The notes under the pieces are model-generated. The model made no database searches and was not told where the DNA came from. It saw only the letters and a list, made by a program, of their open reading frames with translations. A stretch of 64,000 nt of DNA, taken from assembly GCA_965223665.1 (NCBI GenBank), contig OZ245011.1, positions 3,584,001-3,648,000 of the forward strand, read 5' to 3'. A program made the translations under genes and the position numbers. This DNA is from Nitrospinaceae bacterium (GTDB taxonomy: Bacteria > Nitrospinota > Nitrospinia > Nitrospinales > Nitrospinaceae). Of this stretch, positions 58,923-64,000 are shown piece after piece. Each line of letters begins with the position of its first letter. Position 1 is the stretch's first letter.

Positions 58923-59678
58923 TTAATTCCCAGGTTTATCAGGAACATCGTAAGCACACCTAAATCCAACTGAATTTAATTTTATTTGAGGAGCTAATTT
59001 AAACCGTCTGCCAACATGAGTATAATAACCAGGGTTGTACCAACTACCTCCACGGACAACCTTTTGTATTCCGGATTTGGGGCCTTTAGGATTTTTTTTC
59101 TCTTTATTTGAGTAAGCTTCATACCAGTCGCCCACCCATTCCCACACATTTCCACTCATGTGATGAAGACCGTATCCATTAGGGGAAAATGTGTCCACCG
59201 GAACCGGACCCGTATCAAAAGACTTCTCAAAATGACCTTTGCTTAACTGAATTTTAGGTCCAAAAGAAAAGTTCCACTTTTTGGGTCCACGAGCAGCTTT
59301 CTCCCACTCAGCCTCCGTGGGGAGCCTTCCACCTTTAAACCGGCAATAGGATTCAGCTTCATACCAACTTACCAACGTTACAGGACAATTTTTGCATTCA
59401 GAATGAATGGAGCTATTTGAAATTTGACGAAATAAATTGAATGCCTGTTTTGAGACTTCAAATTTATCAATATAAAATGCATTCACCCAAACATTTCTAA
59501 TGGGACGCTCCTCCATATTGCCGTCCTTGGTTCCCATTAGAAATTTTCCGGATGGAATAAAAGCAGAATCCGAAGGAATATTTTCCTGAGCTATCGAAGA
59601 ATCTGATTTTGCTAATAAACAAAAGCTAAAAAATATCCATGCTATTTTTAGAAAAAATGGTGATTTATTTATGGTCAT
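58923..59678 (-). CDS. FGE-sulfatase (SUMF1-like) domain protein, exported
   Basis: F.MG, RLPTEAEWEKAARG, PNGYGL..MSGNVWEW, RGGSW, GFRC. Confidence 0.9.
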   Translation of the reverse strand: MTINKSPFFLKIAWIFFSFCLLAKSDSSIAQENIPSDSAFIPSGKFLMGTKDGNMEERPIRNVWVNAFYIDKFEVSKQAFNLFRQISNSSIHSECKNCPVTLVSWYEAESYCRFKGGRLPTEAEWEKAARGPKKWNFSFGPKIQLSKGHFEKSFDTGPVPVDTFSPNGYGLHHMSGNVWEWVGDWYEAYSNKEKKNPKGPKSGIQKVVRGGSWYNPGYYTHVGRRFKLAPQIKLNSVGFRCAYDVPDKPGN

Positions 59679-61230
59679 TTTTTAAAATCATTTGATGCCA
59701 AAAGCTGACTGCTTTTTTTGCATTTTTATCTTCGCGGCTTCCGTCCCAAATGGCAAAACTTATAAGCAAAGGAATATTAATTTGAAATTGAATATCTTTA
59801 TTATCCAAAGTTAATAAGTCACGAACAAATACTACTGTCCATTTCCCGTTCACCCAATTTGCTTTTCCATTTAGAATCTGGCTTTGTAAAGGTTGGATTA
59901 CTAAATTTCCAAGTCCCTCAGCATTTAATTCCTCAACAGAAGTTTCTTTAAATGGATTTACAAACAAAATATTATTTGGTTTGTTCAATGAAAACTTTAA
60001 TTCCTGATTTTTGGCTTTTGCCTTCCAGTGCCAAATATTTACAGGTTTTGAGGGATGACCCATTCCAAAAAAAGGCCCTTTAATCAAAGGTTGGGTGCCT
60101 AAAGCAAACTGAATTGCCGCAGAGTCTATAAAATGTTGGCCTTTTTTAATCGTGTTATCTTCAGAAAGGTCCTCCCAGGTAAGACGGATAGCAATTTGAT
60201 TTTGATTGAAAATAGATTGAATCCAAATAAAATTTATACTTTTCTTCTCTGCTTGCAAAGCTAACATTTTAATTTTTGATTTTGGGATATTATCCCAGAT
60301 TAAATTATTAGGTTGGACAGTAAGTGGTTCCGCAGTCCATTTCGAAATTATAGGAGTAACAAAATCATTAGGGAAGCTTTTTGACAGTTCAGTTATGTGT
60401 TGAGACTGTAAAAAATGAACTAGATGCCAGAGTTCGTCTTCATTTAAAAAATCATAAGCAGACATTGAGGTCCCATCAATTCCTGTTACGAGTGTTTTAT
60501 AAATGTTTTCTGAGGAGGATCCTGCTTTGTATAAGAAGGGATTTCTCAAATCAAAGACATAAGATGTCTCTCCCCAAGTATCATTTAAAGAATCTTCGAG
60601 AATCCCGGATCGTTCTCCTTCTTTACCATGACAACGGCCACATCGCAATTGTCGATATAATTCTCTGCCATAAGAAATCGAATTTCCATCATATGGAAGT
60701 TCAGCATTTATTTTGATTTGGAAATTTGGGATTTCCTGGTCAAACCTAGGGGAAAAAGATTTAATGTAAGTGATAATCGAATCAATATTTTCTTTGGAGA
60801 GGACTTTTCCCATAGCAGGCATCGAGGTTCCTGGTATCCCTTGGTATATGGTATTAAACAAGTCTTCGTTTAATGGTAGAGAATTGTTTTGAGTAGAGTG
60901 AAATTTAAAAATTCCTCGACTGATATCTCTAGGTTTAGGCGTTAAATAATAGGAGGTTGTGCCGTCTCCTTTTCCTTTTTTTCCATGACAATGACTGCAG
61001 AAGCGTTTGTATAGAAATTTTCCGTTTTCAAATTTTTTATTACTTTTTTGGGATTGATGGAGTTTTTCACTATCTGGTAGGGTGTCCTCAATCATTTTTT
61101 CAACCTTACGTGATTCAACAGCTGAAGTAATCGAGGGATAAATTAAAAAGATGGAAAGAAAATATATTACCCAAGGACGGGAGCAAGAAAAAAAAATGAG
61201 AATTTTTTGTTGAGTTGCCCCTTGCATCAA
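59665..61230 (-). CDS. Diheme cytochrome c + EbdC-like heme b domain (paralog of 25626-27254)
   Basis: CSHCH, CGRCH, GTSMP, DSAAIQF, GMG, VNIWHW, AEGLG, FAIWDG. Confidence 0.85.
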   Translation of the reverse strand: MMQGATQQKILIFFSCSRPWVIYFLSIFLIYPSITSAVESRKVEKMIEDTLPDSEKLHQSQKSNKKFENGKFLYKRFCSHCHGKKGKGDGTTSYYLTPKPRDISRGIFKFHSTQNNSLPLNEDLFNTIYQGIPGTSMPAMGKVLSKENIDSIITYIKSFSPRFDQEIPNFQIKINAELPYDGNSISYGRELYRQLRCGRCHGKEGERSGILEDSLNDTWGETSYVFDLRNPFLYKAGSSSENIYKTLVTGIDGTSMSAYDFLNEDELWHLVHFLQSQHITELSKSFPNDFVTPIISKWTAEPLTVQPNNLIWDNIPKSKIKMLALQAEKKSINFIWIQSIFNQNQIAIRLTWEDLSEDNTIKKGQHFIDSAAIQFALGTQPLIKGPFFGMGHPSKPVNIWHWKAKAKNQELKFSLNKPNNILFVNPFKETSVEELNAEGLGNLVIQPLQSQILNGKANWVNGKWTVVFVRDLLTLDNKDIQFQINIPLLISFAIWDGSREDKNAKKAVSFWHQMILKNDHK

Positions 61231-61361
61231 GAAACTCCTAACAAATTTTTTTTATATTAACATACTGGTTTTACTAATTTAGAGAGGAAAATGCCAAGAA
61301 TTTTGGAAAATTGTAAATAAGTTTCTTGAAGGTTAAAATAGGACCAAAATTTTAGATATAA

Positions 61362-61949
61362 ATGATATTTATGGAATCAATTCGATCAGTTTGTGTATTT
61401 TGTGCTTCAAGTAATAGTGTGGATACCAGTTTCTTAAAAATGGCGTTTGAATTAGGTCAACGCTTGGCAAAAGATGGTATTCAATTGATTTATGGAGGTG
61501 CATCCATTGGGCTAATGGGAGAAGTTGCAAGAGGAGTTCATAATGAAGGTGGGAGAGTAACGGGAGTTCTACCAGAGTTTTTTAAAGTCAAAGATATTGA
61601 GTATTCTGAGGCAGATGAATTGATTATTACCCGTGATATGCGAGAACGAAAAGCAGTTATGGATTCTCGATCCGATGCATTTATTGTCTTACCGGGTGGA
61701 ATAGGAACTTTGGAAGAAGCTCTGGAAATATTGTCAATGATACAGCTTCGTATAACTGAAAAGCCTCTGGTTTTTATTAATACAAACCGTTTCTATGATT
61801 CTCTGATGGCACACTTTCAAAGCATGGTGGATTTAAAGTTTGCGAAGGAGGAAACCTTGCAGATGTTCGCCATGTGTCAAACACCTAAAGAAGCTATTGA
61901 ATATTTAAAAAATTATCGTCAGACCCACTTTCACAAGAAATGGCTTTAA
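61362..61949 (+). CDS. LOG family (TIGR00730-like) nucleotide monophosphate nucleosidase
   Basis: VCVFCASS, YGG...GLMG, MRERK, PGGIGTLEE. Confidence 0.9.
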   Translation: MIFMESIRSVCVFCASSNSVDTSFLKMAFELGQRLAKDGIQLIYGGASIGLMGEVARGVHNEGGRVTGVLPEFFKVKDIEYSEADELIITRDMRERKAVMDSRSDAFIVLPGGIGTLEEALEILSMIQLRITEKPLVFINTNRFYDSLMAHFQSMVDLKFAKEETLQMFAMCQTPKEAIEYLKNYRQTHFHKKWL

Positions 61950-62560
61950 GAGGCAGCCATTTCTTGGGTTTGCACCTTTATCTCTTTTCCAAGGGTATCT
62001 TGTAAAAAAGTTTCAATATATTGAAGTGTTCCTGTGGTAGAACTAGGACAAGTCCCACAAGCTCCCTGATAGTGGATATGGACAATGTTTCCTTCCACTT
62101 TTATCAGAGTTATTCCACCTCCGTCATTAGCTAATGCTGGACGAATGGCATGATCCAATAAAGCATCTATGACTTCCTGCTTTTGTTCATTGTTTAGTGA
62201 GGGAAAATCTTCAACATCCACATTGTCCAAAACATTTGAAACTTTGGAAGCAGCTTTTTGGTCCTCATCGCAGGTTTCATAAAAGGTCATATTTTTTTCA
62301 AGTGTATTTTGAATGGGTTCCATTATGGTGGTCCAAGCAACCACCGGAGATTTCGTAATGGTGACAAAGTTTTCCTTAATAAAAATATTTTCTACACCAA
62401 AAATATTAAATAAACTTTCTGCCAACGGATCTCCTTTGGTGTCTTCAGGAGATTGAAATGTCTTGGTTCCTTTTTTAATGACGTCGGCACTCATAATAAA
62501 TTGTGCCGCTTCCGGATTGGGGGTGTGATGGAAGGTCATTACTTTGAATTCCGATCCCAT
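61946..62560 (-). CDS. Nfu/NifU-family Fe-S carrier (Nfu N-terminal + NifU-C)
   Basis: TPNP, FVTITK, IRPALANDGG, GACGTCPSS. Confidence 0.9.
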   Translation of the reverse strand: MGSEFKVMTFHHTPNPEAAQFIMSADVIKKGTKTFQSPEDTKGDPLAESLFNIFGVENIFIKENFVTITKSPVVAWTTIMEPIQNTLEKNMTFYETCDEDQKAASKVSNVLDNVDVEDFPSLNNEQKQEVIDALLDHAIRPALANDGGGITLIKVEGNIVHIHYQGACGTCPSSTTGTLQYIETFLQDTLGKEIKVQTQEMAAS

Positions 62561-62642
62561 AACCTGAATCCTTTAAAGATAAATTATTTATATGTACTTT
62601 GAGATATTATACTTTGGTTTTTCCCATATGGGAAATAAAGTC

Positions 62643-63170
62643 TTAATGAGATATTGAATCTAATTGTTTTTTAAAAGTGTTTAATGTTTCTGAGTCATAG
62701 AGAGCAAAGCAAACTTTTTTTAATCGAGTCTCCTCCTGTAGATAGTTGTAGACCTCTGATAACATTATTTTTGCACATTTCTCTACAGGAAAGCCAAAGA
62801 TACCTGTGCTTATTGCCGGGAAAGTGATTGAGCTTAATTGATGTTCTTCTGCCTTACGAAGAGAATTAAAAGTGGCATTTTTTAACTTAATTTCTTCATC
62901 TCCTTCTCCCATCCGGGGTCCCACCGCATGAATAATAAAATGGGCTTTTAAGTTTCCCCCGGTGGTAAGAACGGCTCCCCCTACAGGACAAAACCCTATG
63001 ATATTACATTCCTTTTGAATATCCGGACCTCCTTTATTTTTTATTGCTCCAGCCACCCCTGCTCCCAAAATCAAACTTGAATTGGCTGCATTGACAATGG
63101 CACTGGTTTCACTTTCTGTAATATCCCCTTGAATAAGCTCAATAATAGAATTTCTGATTCTAAGTTTCAT
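62643..63170 (-). CDS. Macro domain protein (ADP-ribose deacylase type)
   Basis: GDIT, IVNAAN, GAGVAGAI, HAVGP, PAISTGIFGFP. Confidence 0.92.
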   Translation of the reverse strand: MKLRIRNSIIELIQGDITESETSAIVNAANSSLILGAGVAGAIKNKGGPDIQKECNIIGFCPVGGAVLTTGGNLKAHFIIHAVGPRMGEGDEEIKLKNATFNSLRKAEEHQLSSITFPAISTGIFGFPVEKCAKIMLSEVYNYLQEETRLKKVCFALYDSETLNTFKKQLDSISH

Positions 63171-63255
63171 AAAACCACTCCCAAACTTAAATATTTTGTA
63201 CAAAATAATTTTTTAGGAGGAACGGATGGTTAGAGGAAGCTGAATGGAAAAGGAA

Positions 63256-63690
63256 TTACTGAGATTGATCCGTGGAGCCGAATCCACTGCCACCTCGAAC
63301 GGTGGTGTTAAGTTCTGTAACAGTCAAAAAGTTCACAGTCTCAATTTTCTGGATTAGGAGTTGGGCTATTCGATCCCCTTTTTGGATAACAAAATCCTCT
63401 TTGGAATGGTTAAAAAGTAAAACCTTAATTTCTCCTCGGTATCCGGAGTCTATGACACCGGCTCCGGTATCAATTCCTTTTTTTACTCCAAGTCCACTCC
63501 GGGGCCAAACCAGTCCTACATGGTTCTCAGGTAACGCTATTCGTATGCCTGTTGGAATTAGTTTTCTTTCACCTGCGAGGATAATTTGGTCAGTGGATGA
63601 CCTTAGATCAGCACCAGCATCACCTGGGTTGGCGTAGGAAGGTAGGTACTCACCTTGAACTGGACATTTTGACAACTGAGATTTATCCAT
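63256..63690 (-). CDS. dut: dUTP diphosphatase
   Basis: AGADL, PRSG, GVIDSGYRGE, RIAQL, RGGSGFGST. Confidence 0.95.
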   Translation of the reverse strand: MDKSQLSKCPVQGEYLPSYANPGDAGADLRSSTDQIILAGERKLIPTGIRIALPENHVGLVWPRSGLGVKKGIDTGAGVIDSGYRGEIKVLLFNHSKEDFVIQKGDRIAQLLIQKIETVNFLTVTELNTTVRGGSGFGSTDQSQ

Positions 63691-63788
63691 ACGCTCTTTA
63701 AATATAAAAGGCCTTGCTTATACTAACCGAGAGAGCAATAAGAAATTTGTCCTTGGCAAAATAAACTTGGATAAAAATCGAACGTGAG

Positions 63789-63998
63789 CTATAAATAGTA
63801 CAAGCAAGACCTTTGATAACGAAAGGATGGCGGGTCACTTTTTGGTTTTCCAACCCGTGTTGCTGCAACAACCCGGGAAAAGAGCTTCCACTTAACGCCG
63901 CTTGGAATGAGCTGTTTCGCCGAATAAATACGGGGATTTCGGCCGGCGCTCAATACATTTGGGGATTTGGGAAGGGGCTTTAGTCGCACCCAGAAATC
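63789..63998 (-). CDS. 3' end of a probable hypothetical protein entering from the window edge
   Basis: Frame open from the window end to a stop at 63789; no family recognised. Confidence 0.35.
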   Translation of the reverse strand, partial: DFWVRLKPLPKSPNVLSAGRNPRIYSAKQLIPSGVKWKLFSRVVAATRVGKPKSDPPSFRYQRSCLYYL

Positions 63999-64000
63999 TT

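Noticed and set aside
63780-64000. Structured RNA (RNase P, tmRNA or SRP) in the GC-richer window end
   Set aside because: No hallmark sequences recognised; an open minus-strand frame explains it better

Overview
AT-rich bacterial chromosomal segment, very probably from a marine nitrite oxidiser of the Nitrospinota. This is inferred from gene content: copper nirK, MoeA and a MobB-MobA fusion, alginate-export-type porin, HpnA, and two diheme cytochrome c/EbdC-like heme b proteins of the alternative-NxrC type. No rRNA, tRNA, CRISPR, transposase, integrase or reverse transcriptase was recognised. Much of the window is housekeeping or envelope genes. The most unusual part is ~27.4-45.4 kb. There, back-to-back sigma70 promoters drive an enzyme arm (B12 radical SAM, TPR, MidA-like methyltransferase, radical SAM with a non-canonical CX7CX2C motif) and a binder/scaffold arm (NHL, TPR, LRR, glutaredoxin, SEC-C, parvulin fusion, and nine DUF1566/Lcl lectin-fold domains in eight genes). 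Most of these proteins lack signal peptides and many carry very acidic tails. Also notable: a candidate nirK sigma54 circuit with a shared TTGCAA-N6-TTGCAA site, an msrP operon without msrQ but with a diheme/heme b cytochrome, and two genes missing from the ORF track (a CTG-start GIY-YIG nuclease and a 34-aa membrane peptide). All family assignments come from motif recognition by eye, not from database searches.
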